From: Candidatus Bathyarchaeota archaeon
GTDB taxonomy: Archaea > Thermoproteota > Bathyarchaeia > Bathyarchaeales > Bathycorpusculaceae
Direction of reading: 5' to 3'
DNA length: 64,000 bases
NCBI GenBank assembly: GCA_963770935.1
Contig: CAVYRJ010000001.1
Coordinates: 183,393 to 247,392 of the forward strand
Part shown: in pieces, positions 41,712 to 51,681 of the stretch
Numbering within the stretch: the first letter of the stretch is position 1
Layout: the number at the start of each line of letters is the position of its first letter
Made by a program: the position numbers and the translations under genes
Notes under the pieces: model-generated
Seen by the model: only the letters and a program-made list of their open reading frames with translations
Databases searched by the model: none
What the model was told of the DNA's origin: nothing

Positions 41712-42959
41712 ATGAGTAACACTAGTAAAGCCTTGCCTAAGCAGCCAGAAGTAAACATTGGCACTATTGGACATGTAGACCATGGAAAAACCACTTTGGT
41801 TCAATCTTTAACTGGCACTTGGGCATCACGTCACAGTGAAGAACTCAAAAGGGGCATCACCATAAAGCTGGGTTATGCCGACATGCCGATATACAAGTGC
41901 CCCAAATGTGAGCCCCCCAAAAACTTTACCATTAAACCTTATTGTGAAAGCTGCGACTCCGAGGCAGAATTTGTCCGCGCCATAAGCTTTGTCGACGCAC
42001 CTGGACATGAAGCCTTAATGGCTACGATGCTTTCAGGCGCAGCAATAATGGACGGCGCCATTTTAGTCATTGCAGCTGATGAGCCGTGCCCTCAACCGCA
42101 GACACGAGAGCACCTTGCAGCCGCAGAAGTCAGCGGCATAAAGAACCTAATTGTTGTTCAGAACAAAATCGACATCGTGGACGAGAAAAGAGCCGTAGAA
42201 AGTTACAAAGAAATAAAAGCCTTCATCAAAGGTACCGTTGCAGAAAACGCTCCCATTATCCCCATTTCAGCACAACGCGGAATAAACATCGATATACTGC
42301 TCACCGCGATTCAAACACTTATTCCAACTCCAAAGAGGGATCAAACTAAGCCTCCAATGATGTTCATCATACGTTCCTTTGATGTTAACAAGCCTGGAAC
42401 AACTATAGAAGGGTTAGAGGGCGGAATCATCGGAGGAACCATAGCACAAGGCAAATTTATCGTCGGAGAAGAAATAGAAATCCGCCCAGGCGTTATGGCT
42501 GAACGAGAAGGAAAAACCGTCTACGACCCATTAATAAGCGAAATAGTAAGCCTACAAGCTGGCAATCAAGATGTACAAGAAGCCACATGCGGCGGTCTAG
42601 TCGGCGTAGGAACCTGCCTTGACCCATCCTATTCAAAAGCAGACGGCTTAACAGGCAGCATCGCGGGAAAAACCGGCCAACTTCCACCCACACTAACAGA
42701 GTTAACATTGGAAACACATGTTTTGGAACGCGCTGTTGGAACCAAGGAGCTTTTGAAAGTTGAAAAAATCAACCCAGACGAAACCCTGCTACTCCATGTT
42801 GGTTCCGCTGTGAACGTAGGCAAAGTAATTTCGATAAAGCAAAACGTAATTAAGGTAAAGTTGACAAGGCCAATTTGTGCGTTACCAGGTTCAAGAGTTG
42901 CCATAAGCAGAAAGATTACTGCCCGTTGGAGACTTATCGGATACGGACTAGTAAAATAG
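41712..42959 (+). CDS. eif2g: Translation initiation factor 2 gamma subunit
   Basis: GHVDHGKT, RGITIKLGYA, DAPGHE, QTREH and NKID motifs. Confidence 0.97.
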   Translation: MSNTSKALPKQPEVNIGTIGHVDHGKTTLVQSLTGTWASRHSEELKRGITIKLGYADMPIYKCPKCEPPKNFTIKPYCESCDSEAEFVRAISFVDAPGHEALMATMLSGAAIMDGAILVIAADEPCPQPQTREHLAAAEVSGIKNLIVVQNKIDIVDEKRAVESYKEIKAFIKGTVAENAPIIPISAQRGINIDILLTAIQTLIPTPKRDQTKPPMMFIIRSFDVNKPGTTIEGLEGGIIGGTIAQGKFIVGEEIEIRPGVMAEREGKTVYDPLISEIVSLQAGNQDVQEATCGGLVGVGTCLDPSYSKADGLTGSIAGKTGQLPPTLTELTLETHVLERAVGTKELLKVEKINPDETLLLHVGSAVNVGKVISIKQNVIKVKLTRPICALPGSRVAISRKITARWRLIGYGLVK

Positions 42960-42966
42960 CTGAGAT

Positions 42967-43407
42967 TTAGTCTGTTATTATTTTTTGTTTCTTTAAGAAA
43001 TCATGTGCTCTCTGCAGCACGTCTTTAGCATTTTTGAAGTTTAATTTTTCCATGGCATGCTTATAATCCAGCCAAATATAGCCAACGTGCTCGAAAGATA
43101 ACTCGACTTTCTCTGTATGGGTCTCAATTATGAAGAATACGACTTCCTTATGAACCGTTAAACCTTGTCTTCGATAGAAGTAAGCTATTGTTTCTTTGAA
43201 ATTCTCGATGAAAGTAGCGTCCGTTATGGCTGTTTCTTCTTTGAGTTCGCGAAGAACCGTTTCTTTTTCTGTCTCATTGATTTCAACGTTGCCTTTGACG
43301 AAATCCCAGTGTCCAGCTGCATAGTTAAGGAGAAGATATTTTGTCTGCTCTTCTTTTTTAATGAATACGACGGCGCCGCATGATTTCTCGCGAATCACTA
43401 CATTCAC
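42967..43407 (-). CDS. NUDIX hydrolase (Ap4A hydrolase-like)
   Basis: HWDFVKG...ETVLRELKEET Nudix box, LSFEH. Confidence 0.9.
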   Translation of the reverse strand: MNVVIREKSCGAVVFIKKEEQTKYLLLNYAAGHWDFVKGNVEINETEKETVLRELKEETAITDATFIENFKETIAYFYRRQGLTVHKEVVFFIIETHTEKVELSFEHVGYIWLDYKHAMEKLNFKNAKDVLQRAHDFLKKQKIITD

Positions 43408-43531
43408 CAGATTGAGTTCAAATCATTTTGTTCGGTTATTTAAACTAATAGCAACTTTGGGCTAAGATTTGCAAAACAAAATGTTTTAAGCCTGCAAAAA
43501 AATTAACCTTACAAACCAGGAGCCATGTCAA

Positions 43532-43960
43532 GTGTCGGCTTCAACGCCTAAAAAAAAGGATTCATTAAAGGTTATTTTGGATTCCAACGCCTTGTTTGTT
43601 CCGTTGGAGTTTAAGATTGATATTTTTGAGGAGTTGAAGCGATTGTTGAATCGGAATTTAGAGTTTATTTTACTCTCGCCAGTTAAACGTGAGCTTGAAA
43701 TGCTTGCGACTAAGGATTTCCCCAAGATTAGAAAGGAAGCACTTTTCGCTTTGAAGCTTGCTGAAAAATGCAAGTATGTGCCTTTGGAAGATGATGAAAA
43801 ATTGACCACTGACGACGCCATTGTTAAGGTGGCTAAGAACTGGAATTCACCAGTGTTTACGAACGACAGACAGTTAAAGTTGAGGCTAAGAGATATAAGT
43901 GTGCCAGTGATTTATGTGAGACAAAAATCGCGTCTAGACATTGACGGGATGATATCGTAG
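43532..43960 (+). CDS. PIN-domain protein (Fcf1/Utp24-like)
   Basis: ILDSNAL, TDDAI, FTNDRQL; conserved position before rpoE. Confidence 0.9.
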   Translation: MSASTPKKKDSLKVILDSNALFVPLEFKIDIFEELKRLLNRNLEFILLSPVKRELEMLATKDFPKIRKEALFALKLAEKCKYVPLEDDEKLTTDDAIVKVAKNWNSPVFTNDRQLKLRLRDISVPVIYVRQKSRLDIDGMIS

Positions 43961-44548
43961 ATGTTCAAACTAATTACTCTTCAAGATACTATTCGCATTC
44001 CGCCCGAAACCTTCGGCAAGCCACTTGAGAAAGTTGGCCGTGAACAGGTAAAGCAAAAGTACGAGGGGATTGTGGACGAAGAATTGGGATATGTTATTGC
44101 CGTTACAGGTATAGAAGTTAGCCCGATAGGCAAAATAATTCCAGGCGACGGGGCAACATTTCATAAAGTAACATTTTCCCTATTGGCATTCTACCCGATA
44201 ATTCAAGAGGTAGTGGAAGGAGACGTGGTCGAAATCGCAGATTTCGGGGCTTTCGTACGTATCGGACCCGTCGACGCACTACTTCACGTCTCACAACTTA
44301 TGGACGACTACATCTCTTATGATGAAAAACAAGGTGTCCTTTTGGGAAAAGAAAGTAAACGTAAACTAACCACAGGCGACCAAGTTCGCGTCAGAATAAC
44401 AGCAGTATCTTTGGGCAGAATTGGAAGCTCAGGAAAAATCGGCGTTACAGCAAGGCAACCATTCCTTGGAAAACTAGACTGGCTAAAGATGGATCAAAGC
44501 AAAAGTGCCGAAAAGAAAACGGTCGAAAGCCCGGAGAAGGCAGCATAA
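43961..44548 (+). CDS. rpoE1: RNA polymerase subunit Rpo7 (E')
   Basis: IRIPP..FG, GDGA, FGAFVRIGP and RQPFLGK motifs. Confidence 0.97.
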   Translation: MFKLITLQDTIRIPPETFGKPLEKVGREQVKQKYEGIVDEELGYVIAVTGIEVSPIGKIIPGDGATFHKVTFSLLAFYPIIQEVVEGDVVEIADFGAFVRIGPVDALLHVSQLMDDYISYDEKQGVLLGKESKRKLTTGDQVRVRITAVSLGRIGSSGKIGVTARQPFLGKLDWLKMDQSKSAEKKTVESPEKAA

Positions 44549-44563
44549 AGAGGATTGAGTTAA

Positions 44564-44749
44564 ATGAGTGAAAAAGCATGCACAAACTGCCACTATATGA
44601 CCAAAGACAATGTTTGCTCAAGATGCAAAGCGACTAATTTTAGTGAAGACTTCAGCGGCTTAGTCGTAATGTTTGACCCTGAAAACTCAGCAATTGCAAA
44701 AGCAATGAACATTAAAGAGAAAGGCCGATACGCTTTAAAAGTCCGTTAA
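44564..44749 (+). CDS. spt4: Transcription elongation factor Spt4 (RpoE'')
   Basis: ACTNCH..CSRC, DPENSAIAK, GRYALKVR. Confidence 0.96.
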   Translation: MSEKACTNCHYMTKDNVCSRCKATNFSEDFSGLVVMFDPENSAIAKAMNIKEKGRYALKVR

Positions 44750-44815
44750 ACATTTTTGTGAACCACGGTATCTTCATAACCTACCGAGCATTTTCTATTT
44801 TGTAAGGTTCAAGAG

Positions 44816-45343
44816 ATGACAATAGCGTACACTTTAACGCCTGAGCTTCGCATTAAATTAAAAGAACCTTTCGGCAGCCTAATCCAAGGTACACCAGAAG
44901 AAACCATGGGCAAACTGAAAAAAATTGTTAAAGAAGAAAAGCCGCCCAAAATAGTCTCTGTCGGAGACATCGTCTCCCGCAACCTACACAAACATAACAT
45001 CCATCCACAACTAACAATTGTTGATAACATTTCCCTAAGAGACCAACCAATGCCCAAAGAAGAAACTGCAGAAAAAACGGTTCATGCGATTAATCCGCAA
45101 GGAACAATAACCCAGGAAGCAATGTTGGCCGTCAAAGAAGCATTAGAAGGAAATGAGCACATACACATTGTTGTAAAGGGCGAAGAAGACTTGCTAACGC
45201 TTATTGCAGTTTTGTATGCGCCAGAAAACGCTTTTGTGGTCTATGGGCAGCCGTATTCAGGGATTGTTGTCATAAAGGTAACCTCTGAGAAGAAAGCTTT
45301 GGTTCAGGAGTTCCTAAAAACAATGAAATCTTCGAAAAGCTAA
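44816..45343 (+). CDS. GTP-dependent dephospho-CoA kinase (DUF359)
   Basis: LKEPFG, VGDIVS, NPQGTIT, GEEDLL and YGQP motifs. Confidence 0.92.
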   Translation: MTIAYTLTPELRIKLKEPFGSLIQGTPEETMGKLKKIVKEEKPPKIVSVGDIVSRNLHKHNIHPQLTIVDNISLRDQPMPKEETAEKTVHAINPQGTITQEAMLAVKEALEGNEHIHIVVKGEEDLLTLIAVLYAPENAFVVYGQPYSGIVVIKVTSEKKALVQEFLKTMKSSKS

Positions 45344-45386
45344 ATAAGAAGAGTATTGTATGAATTTACGCCTTAAGTGAACATTA

Positions 45387-45695
45387 ATGCAAGTCAAAAT
45401 AGATTCAATCAAGGATAACCCGCTTCTGAAACGGAAAGAAGTAGGCTTCACTATTGTTTCGGGTCCAAAAGAGAAAACCCCCCAAAGGCTAGAGGTAAAG
45501 AAAGCCGTAGCCGTTGCAATGCAGACAGGCGATGATGTAGTTTTCATTAAACGTATGCGAACTAAAACAGGAACCAGCATAACCGTTGGAGTTGCAAACA
45601 TTTACCAGTCCGTTAATCAAGCAAAAATCGTTGAACCTGAATACATCAGAAAACGTAACAGCCCACCTGAAAAAGCCAAAGAGGCGACAGCATAA
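45387..45695 (+). CDS. rps24e: 30S ribosomal protein S24e
   Basis: NPLLKRKE, TPQR, EPEYIRKRN. Confidence 0.95.
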   Translation: MQVKIDSIKDNPLLKRKEVGFTIVSGPKEKTPQRLEVKKAVAVAMQTGDDVVFIKRMRTKTGTSITVGVANIYQSVNQAKIVEPEYIRKRNSPPEKAKEATA

Positions 45696-45991
45696 TGCCA
45701 GTTAAACCAGCACCCAAGAAAGAAGAACCAACAAAGAAAGAAGAGGCAAAGCCAGCAGCTGCGGCAGATGCAGCGTCAACAGCAGCACCGAAAGTTCAGA
45801 AGGCTGAGAAGAAACGCGAGAAAAAACATAAGGAAGAAAAAGGCGTCCGTGCAATGTACAAAGTTGAAGGCGAAAAAGTTTCTAGGGCACGTCCAACTTG
45901 CGAGCGTTGTGGACCAGGATATTTCACTGCAGACCACCATGATAGGTATACATGTGGGCATTGTGGCTTTACACGCTACAAGCCGAAATAA
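45695..45991 (+). CDS. rps27ae: 30S ribosomal protein S27ae with Ala/Lys/Pro-rich N-extension
   Basis: CERCGPGYFTADHHDRYTCGHCG. Confidence 0.95.
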   Translation: MPVKPAPKKEEPTKKEEAKPAAAADAASTAAPKVQKAEKKREKKHKEEKGVRAMYKVEGEKVSRARPTCERCGPGYFTADHHDRYTCGHCGFTRYKPK

Positions 45992-46043
45992 ACAGTAAGC
46001 AGTTTTAAATCTCCCTACAGCAATTATTCTTTTTTGACCTATT

Positions 46044-46472
46044 ATGCTTAAAGTTAACGTAGTAATAACAAGCATTTCTGCCGAACGCTTCTGGGATATT
46101 AGAAAGCCAATCCCGCCGATACAGATTAACACTAACATTAACGTTGTGGGAATGGAAAAAAAACAAGACGAATCCCTAGAAGTGCCATTTGTTTTATCGA
46201 TCGTCTATAATCCATCTATTGCTCAACTTAGCCTTAAGGGGAACGCCTACGTAAACGGCGAAAAAAGTGAGGTTGACAAAATCCTAAAAGATTACGACCA
46301 GAAAAAGCCGCCAGCCCAGATAATTATGCAATCAATATCAAATGTTGTCTTCATCGAGTCTATGCTCATATCAAGAACGTTAAATATTCCGCCGCCGATT
46401 CCTCTACCCCAGATTCCTGAACCTGGAAAGCCCGTAAGTACAAAGCCCGAAGGACGAGACTACAGCGCCTAA
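46044..46472 (+). CDS. Conserved archaeal hypothetical protein
   Basis: YNPSIA..KG, LNIPPPIPLP motif. Confidence 0.8.
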   Translation: MLKVNVVITSISAERFWDIRKPIPPIQINTNINVVGMEKKQDESLEVPFVLSIVYNPSIAQLSLKGNAYVNGEKSEVDKILKDYDQKKPPAQIIMQSISNVVFIESMLISRTLNIPPPIPLPQIPEPGKPVSTKPEGRDYSA

Positions 46473-47983
46473 AGAAACCCCTTAAACTTTTTTGCCACAG
46501 CATCAATGATTTTTAATTCAATTGGAAAACCAAAGTTTCTGTGGCGCCAACGATATTTCTCAAGCCTATTCATTATAGCGTAAGCTGTCTTGAATGCTAA
46601 ATTGCATTCTCTAATTCTTGATTCAGAATAGAATACGAGGCGTGTAACTGCAGAAATCATGTGCAGCTTTTCGATTTGTGCTTTGCTATGCCATGGCGGG
46701 TTGAAATGGAAGACATCTATGCTTCCCCATTCTTCGAGCGATTGTGGCGGCGTAAACTTTGAGGGCAAATACTGCATGACAGTGCTTGGGAATGGAGTGT
46801 AAACAAAAATGTTATAGTGCTGTGTTTTGGAGTTTACCTTCCGCAGACTGTCCATTAAATCAAAAGTTTTCGCCAAATCTTGATCAGTTTCTCCAGGCAA
46901 ACCGATCATCCAAGAAACATAAGGCTCAATTTTAGGAGCCCACCGCTGCAGGTTCTCAACCGATTGCAGCATATCATCCGCCGTGACATCTTTGCAGATT
47001 AGCTGTTGGAGACTATCTGAACCTGATTCGCCGCCAAAATCCAACTCCACACAACCAGCCATCTCTAAAAGTTCAATAAGACTCTTGTCGTAGGTGGCAA
47101 CGTAATCAAAGCGGCAGTTAGCCCTCCATTGAACCACAAGTTTTCTATCTATAATCCCTTGGCATATTTCCTTCATACGGTTCTCGTCAACGAATACGTT
47201 ATCGTCTATTGGATCGATCATTTTGATGTGTGGATAAGTTTTGAGTATGAATTCGATTTCGTCGAGCACACGATTTGCGCTTTTTCCTCTCCATTGGTTT
47301 TTGTTGAAGATTGAGTTATAGCAGAAGCCGCATCTGTGGGGGCATCCTCTGCTGGTTTGGATGTGAAATCGTCCTGCCTTAAAGGATGGATACTTTTCCA
47401 TTTGTAGAAGTTCATAGGGCAAGGCTATGGGTATGTTGTCTAACTCGATTAATTTTCCGTCTGGATTGCTTTTGATTGAGTCATTAACTCTGTAGGTTAT
47501 GCCAGCAACATCATCAAGCGGTCGGTTGAGGCTAAGCGCGACTGCAAGATCCTTAACGATTAATTCGCCTTCCCCGCGAACAACTATGTCAACGAAATCA
47601 TTACTTGCAGTTTGCTCTGGCAGCAGCGTCGGGTGAACTCCACCCCAAACAATCGGGCAAGAAGGATTCTGAATCCGCATAAACTGGGCAAACTCTAAGG
47701 CATACTTTATTTGCAGGCCGCTCATGCAGCTGATTCCTACAAAAACAGGATTGCCTACTTGAAGGTGATGGTAATCTTCAAGGCGCATATCAACTATGCG
47801 TACACTAAAACCTTCCTGTTTGAGGGAAGCTGCAATATACAAAAGGGGAAGCGGAACCTGTGGACCATAAGCCTTGTATTTTCCTGGAAAAACAAGCAAA
47901 ACATCCCGTTGATTGACACCAACTTGTAAATTGCGAGAATCCGAATTATACGATGTAAAAGTAAGCAGAAGAGAAAACCTCAC
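46469..47983 (-). CDS. B12-binding radical SAM protein
   Basis: WGGVHPT, GEGE, SRGCPHRCGFC and GGESGS motifs; real start likely slightly internal. Confidence 0.92.
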   Translation of the reverse strand: MRFSLLLTFTSYNSDSRNLQVGVNQRDVLLVFPGKYKAYGPQVPLPLLYIAASLKQEGFSVRIVDMRLEDYHHLQVGNPVFVGISCMSGLQIKYALEFAQFMRIQNPSCPIVWGGVHPTLLPEQTASNDFVDIVVRGEGELIVKDLAVALSLNRPLDDVAGITYRVNDSIKSNPDGKLIELDNIPIALPYELLQMEKYPSFKAGRFHIQTSRGCPHRCGFCYNSIFNKNQWRGKSANRVLDEIEFILKTYPHIKMIDPIDDNVFVDENRMKEICQGIIDRKLVVQWRANCRFDYVATYDKSLIELLEMAGCVELDFGGESGSDSLQQLICKDVTADDMLQSVENLQRWAPKIEPYVSWMIGLPGETDQDLAKTFDLMDSLRKVNSKTQHYNIFVYTPFPSTVMQYLPSKFTPPQSLEEWGSIDVFHFNPPWHSKAQIEKLHMISAVTRLVFYSESRIRECNLAFKTAYAIMNRLEKYRWRHRNFGFPIELKIIDAVAKKFKGFL

Positions 47984-48152
47984 TGGAAACTATTCAAAAA
48001 GACATTATTAACGGTTTATTGAACGAATAAAACAACTCCAGCTTTTCATCTCAAACACGTTGATTGTTTTTGCCTTATAAAAACGTGGAAGTCAAAAGAC
48101 AAGGTTACCCTCTGTACAGAACACAAGAAAAAGGGAAAGTTGTTGTGTTTTT

Positions 48153-48335
48153 TTATGGCCGTTTTCTAAAAGTTATCACTATTACAATTGTTGCTACAGC
48201 TATTGCCACTATGATTGCTGCTGTGGCTACTTCGATATACATTATTGTCGATGTTTCAGTAGTATTTGTTTTGGTAGGTTCAGTTGTGGGAGATGGTTCG
48301 GCAATTGTGAAGCTGGTTCCTGCGCTGGATGCATA
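48153..48335 (-). pseudogene. C-terminal remnant (linker + TM + RKRP) of a fourth beta-propeller paralog
   Basis: YASSAGTSFTIAEPSPTTEP...AAIIVAIAVATIVIVITFRKRP* matches the ends of the other copies; followed by TTCCCTTTTT. Confidence 0.75.
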
Positions 48336-48394
48336 GCAAATGCAACTTTCGCAGACAAAGCATCAACATAATCAAAAAATAAAGAAAGGCTCGT

Positions 48395-48799
48395 TTATTT
48401 TAGAGGCACGTACATTGATGAACGTGATGCGCCAATACCTGGAGTTCCATGCCTAACTGGCTTATTAGTTATAGCGAATTCCCCGAGGTAGTGACCTATC
48501 ATCTCTGCCCTGATTTCCATGGCGACGAATTCTTTTCCGTTATGAACGGCGATTTTTGCGCCCACCATCTCTGGCAGAATGATTAAATCTCGGACGTGTG
48601 TTTTTAAGCTGACATCTTTGCCTTGTTTTTGCTCCTCTTTAGCTTCACGCAGCTTTTCGAGCAGTATGCGTTGTTCTGGTGTTAGTCCACGTTGTAGGCT
48701 TCTTCGTTGGCGTGAGGGAAGCATATTGATGAATTCATCCATAGACATGGATGTTAAACTGTTGAGGCTGTGTCCACGGTAGCTAAATTCTTTCGGCAT
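48395..48799 (-). CDS. rps19: 30S ribosomal protein S19
   Basis: KTHVRD, HNGKEF, GHYLGEF. Confidence 0.97.
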   Translation of the reverse strand: MPKEFSYRGHSLNSLTSMSMDEFINMLPSRQRRSLQRGLTPEQRILLEKLREAKEEQKQGKDVSLKTHVRDLIILPEMVGAKIAVHNGKEFVAMEIRAEMIGHYLGEFAITNKPVRHGTPGIGASRSSMYVPLK

Positions 48800-48845
48800 T
48801 TTTCATCTTTCCTAAACTTGATTTTATCCTCTATTATAGTTTCCT

Positions 48846-49586
48846 TTAGCGGATTGCCCGTTTCTTCTTCTGTCCTGGACCTCGTGCAGCGATGAGTCCG
48901 ACTTTCTGTCCTGGTGGCGCACCGTGCGATGTTGTTGTGCATCTGCGAGCGCTACGTTTGCTGCTTCCGAATGGGTGGCAAGCAGGAACCATTTTGCGAC
49001 CGCTAGTTCTTGGGTACGTGTGACCTTTAGCTTTCATCTGGTGGAATTTTGCGCCTGCCTTCAGGAAGGGCTTCTCGATTCTTCCTGATGCAGAAATTAC
49101 ACCGACAGTTGATAAGCAGTAATCGTCAACATATCTTGTTCTTCCGGAGGGTAAGCGAATCATAGTACCTTGTGGAGTGTGACCGACAACGGTAGCGTAT
49201 GCGCCTGATGATTTTGCCATTTTTCCTCCGTCACCTGGGCGAAGCTCAATGTCGCAAACAATGGTTCCTTCAGGAACTTTTCCCAAGGGTATAATGTTGC
49301 CTATTTCAGCTGGAGCTTTTCCGCCATAGCAGATTTGCTGCCCAGTGAAAACGCCTTCAGGAACAACTGAGTAAATGGATAAGCCATTCTCAAATTTTAC
49401 GAGTGACAGAGGTGAACCGCGTCCTGGATCATGAACAAGATCTGTAATTGTGCCCATTATTGAAGCTTCAAAGGATTGTTTGGGTGCTATTGCAGGATAT
49501 TTTGCTGGAGCAACCCGTTTATGAGTATTGGCACGGAAGTTTCGTCCACCGCGACCACGTCTTTGAACACGAATTCGTTTTCCCAT
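48846..49586 (-). CDS. rpl2: 50S ribosomal protein L2
   Basis: MGKRIRVQRRGRG, HDPGR, PPGQKVGLIAAR. Confidence 0.97.
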   Translation of the reverse strand: MGKRIRVQRRGRGGRNFRANTHKRVAPAKYPAIAPKQSFEASIMGTITDLVHDPGRGSPLSLVKFENGLSIYSVVPEGVFTGQQICYGGKAPAEIGNIIPLGKVPEGTIVCDIELRPGDGGKMAKSSGAYATVVGHTPQGTMIRLPSGRTRYVDDYCLSTVGVISASGRIEKPFLKAGAKFHQMKAKGHTYPRTSGRKMVPACHPFGSSKRSARRCTTTSHGAPPGQKVGLIAARGPGQKKKRAIR

Positions 49587-49606
49587 AAGTCATGCCTTCT
49601 ATAAGT

Positions 49607-49882
49607 TTAGAGTATTCCAAGTTTAATTGCAACGTCCGAAGCCCTAAATTCTGGTTTTAGCTTCACGTACGCTTTCTTTTCTCCTTGCGGAGTTATAAGT
49701 AGATTTACTTTGCTGACTTTAACTTCGTATAAAGTTTCTACGGCGCGTTTAACGTCGGTTTTGCCTGCTTTGAGGTTAACTATGAAGATTAGTTTGTTGT
49801 CTCGCTCAACCATTACGCTGGCAGATTCCGTCATCAACGGAAAATTGATTATGTCATTAAGGTCCATTACTTTATTCTCCAT
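49607..49882 (-). CDS. rpl23: 50S ribosomal protein L23
   Basis: NKLIFIV, KKAYVKL. Confidence 0.96.
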   Translation of the reverse strand: MENKVMDLNDIINFPLMTESASVMVERDNKLIFIVNLKAGKTDVKRAVETLYEVKVSKVNLLITPQGEKKAYVKLKPEFRASDVAIKLGIL

Positions 49883-50651
49883 AAAGGTTGGTTAATTTTT
49901 CGATAGCGCCATTAGTCCAAACGGTTAATCGTCCAGGATGGGTCCCTGGTGCAAGTATTTCAGTGTTGAGGTTAGTTACGGTTGTTACTTCTACGCCTGG
50001 AAGGTTGTGTGCGGCATTAACTAAGCTTTTCCCGTCGACAACTACGATGAGTGGACCAACGGCTTGCTTCATTTTTCTGCCTCGACGTTTGCCTTTGCCT
50101 GCGCGGATGTTGCGGCTGTCACGTACTCGGGCTAAGTCTTCGGCTATGCCAAGGCTTGTGAATGCATCTTCGACTTCTTTTGCCTTCGTTAAACTTTCAA
50201 AGGCATCTTCAACTATCAACGGAAACTGTGGAACATTGCCAATCTTGTGTCCGCGGGAAGTCACTGTTTCTTTCTGTGCAGTTGCTGCGATGGCTGAAGT
50301 TAAAGCTAATTTTGCTTCTTTCTTTGGAATCGCACGCAGTATCTTTTTCTCTGCTCTTGGCGGATGAGGTTGTCTGCCTTTAACGGTGCTTGGAGCAAAA
50401 GCTGCTCTGCCACTGCCGCTTTTTATACGTGGAACTCTTGCGGTTGCGCTGCCTGTTCCACGTGATTCTGCAGTGGTTTTCTTTCCAGCCATGGGATCTC
50501 TGCCTTGTGGCTGTCTTCTGTTGGATTGAATGGCTAAAACGGCGCGTTTTATCACGTCTGGTCTTAGTGGTGTAGAGAAAACACTTGGAAGTGCAATTTT
50601 GCCTGTTGCTTTGCCTTGCAAGTCAAAGATTTCTGCTGTTTTTTGTGCCAT
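49872..50651 (-). CDS. rpl4: 50S ribosomal protein L4
   Basis: RPDVIKRA, ARVPR, LAPGTHPGRL. Confidence 0.97.
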   Translation of the reverse strand: MAQKTAEIFDLQGKATGKIALPSVFSTPLRPDVIKRAVLAIQSNRRQPQGRDPMAGKKTTAESRGTGSATARVPRIKSGSGRAAFAPSTVKGRQPHPPRAEKKILRAIPKKEAKLALTSAIAATAQKETVTSRGHKIGNVPQFPLIVEDAFESLTKAKEVEDAFTSLGIAEDLARVRDSRNIRAGKGKRRGRKMKQAVGPLIVVVDGKSLVNAAHNLPGVEVTTVTNLNTEILAPGTHPGRLTVWTNGAIEKLTNLYGE

Positions 50652-50664
50652 GGCTTATTACACC

Positions 50665-51681
50665 TTATTTTCCTTGTGGGGACTCCAGTGAGATATATGT
50701 GACTTGTGGTGCTGCTTCCGGTGTTTCGGTAGGTGGACGGGCAGGAACTCTTAGGCGGATTTGGCGTTTTTCTGTTCCAGGTATGCTGCCTGAAATTAGG
50801 ATGTACGGTCCGGTTACTTCGCCGTATCGGACGAAACCTCCTTTAACAGTGACGTCCTTGCCATTTTTACCGATTTTTAATATTCGTTTGTTGAATTCGA
50901 TTCGTTGGTGATAACCCATCTGTCCTGCTCTCGGAATGGAGTACATTAAGTGGTGCGGATTCCATGGACCTAAAGTGGCGATGCCACGTTTTGTTTTTCT
51001 GCCTTTATGCTGCAGACATGTTACTCCCCAACGTTTAACTGGACCTTGGAAACCTTTGCCAACGGTTATGCCGCCGACGTCGATGTATTGTCCGTCTTTG
51101 AACACTTCTTCAGGGGTTACTGTTTTGCCTAAAAGTTGCTTGGCATATTCGAATTGCTGGGCGATTGTTCCGCCGCCGATTTGGATTTCGCTTGTTTCTG
51201 GTTTCTTCTTTGAGAGACTGGTTTGTGATGGTTGAGTGGCGGCGATGACTCGAACTATGTTTGTTTGTTCGAGGTTTTGAGAGAGCTTCTCGAGCATTGC
51301 TTCTGTGTTAAAGTTGTCTGGTAGAACTAGCGCTCGGTCTAGTATGGCTGGTGGGTCTTTCATCCAAGCTTCTGATATGTTTTGGAGCCCGTATGGTGTT
51401 TTAGTGTAAGTTCTAATGCCACATATTAGGATAGGTGGAGTTTCTAGTATGGTTGCTGCCCTAGCAACTTCTTTACCGTAATGAGGAGAACGTTTACGGT
51501 CCTCGATTGTGAATACATAAGTCATGCCTGCCTTGTAGGCTGCTGAAAAACCTAAGAGTTTAGGAGAGTCAGATTTGATTTCTGGCCAGTACCTTATTCG
51601 TGCTGTCGGTTTCTTTGCACGATGCCTTGGCAGATAGGCTAATGAACCATGTTTTGGAGCATGAGTTTTACGATGTCCCAT
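50665..51681 (-). CDS. rpl3: 50S ribosomal protein L3
   Basis: PKHGSL, YKAGMT, GKGFQGPVKRWG, AGQMGYHQR; start set at ATG 51681. Confidence 0.97.
   Translation of the reverse strand: MGHRKTHAPKHGSLAYLPRHRAKKPTARIRYWPEIKSDSPKLLGFSAAYKAGMTYVFTIEDRKRSPHYGKEVARAATILETPPILICGIRTYTKTPYGLQNISEAWMKDPPAILDRALVLPDNFNTEAMLEKLSQNLEQTNIVRVIAATQPSQTSLSKKKPETSEIQIGGGTIAQQFEYAKQLLGKTVTPEEVFKDGQYIDVGGITVGKGFQGPVKRWGVTCLQHKGRKTKRGIATLGPWNPHHLMYSIPRAGQMGYHQRIEFNKRILKIGKNGKDVTVKGGFVRYGEVTGPYILISGSIPGTEKRQIRLRVPARPPTETPEAAPQVTYISLESPQGK

Noticed and set aside
48340-48395. Recent breakage of the S10-like r-protein operon after rps19
   Set aside because: rps19 has its own T-rich terminator-like tract; the split may be ancestral and cannot be judged from this window
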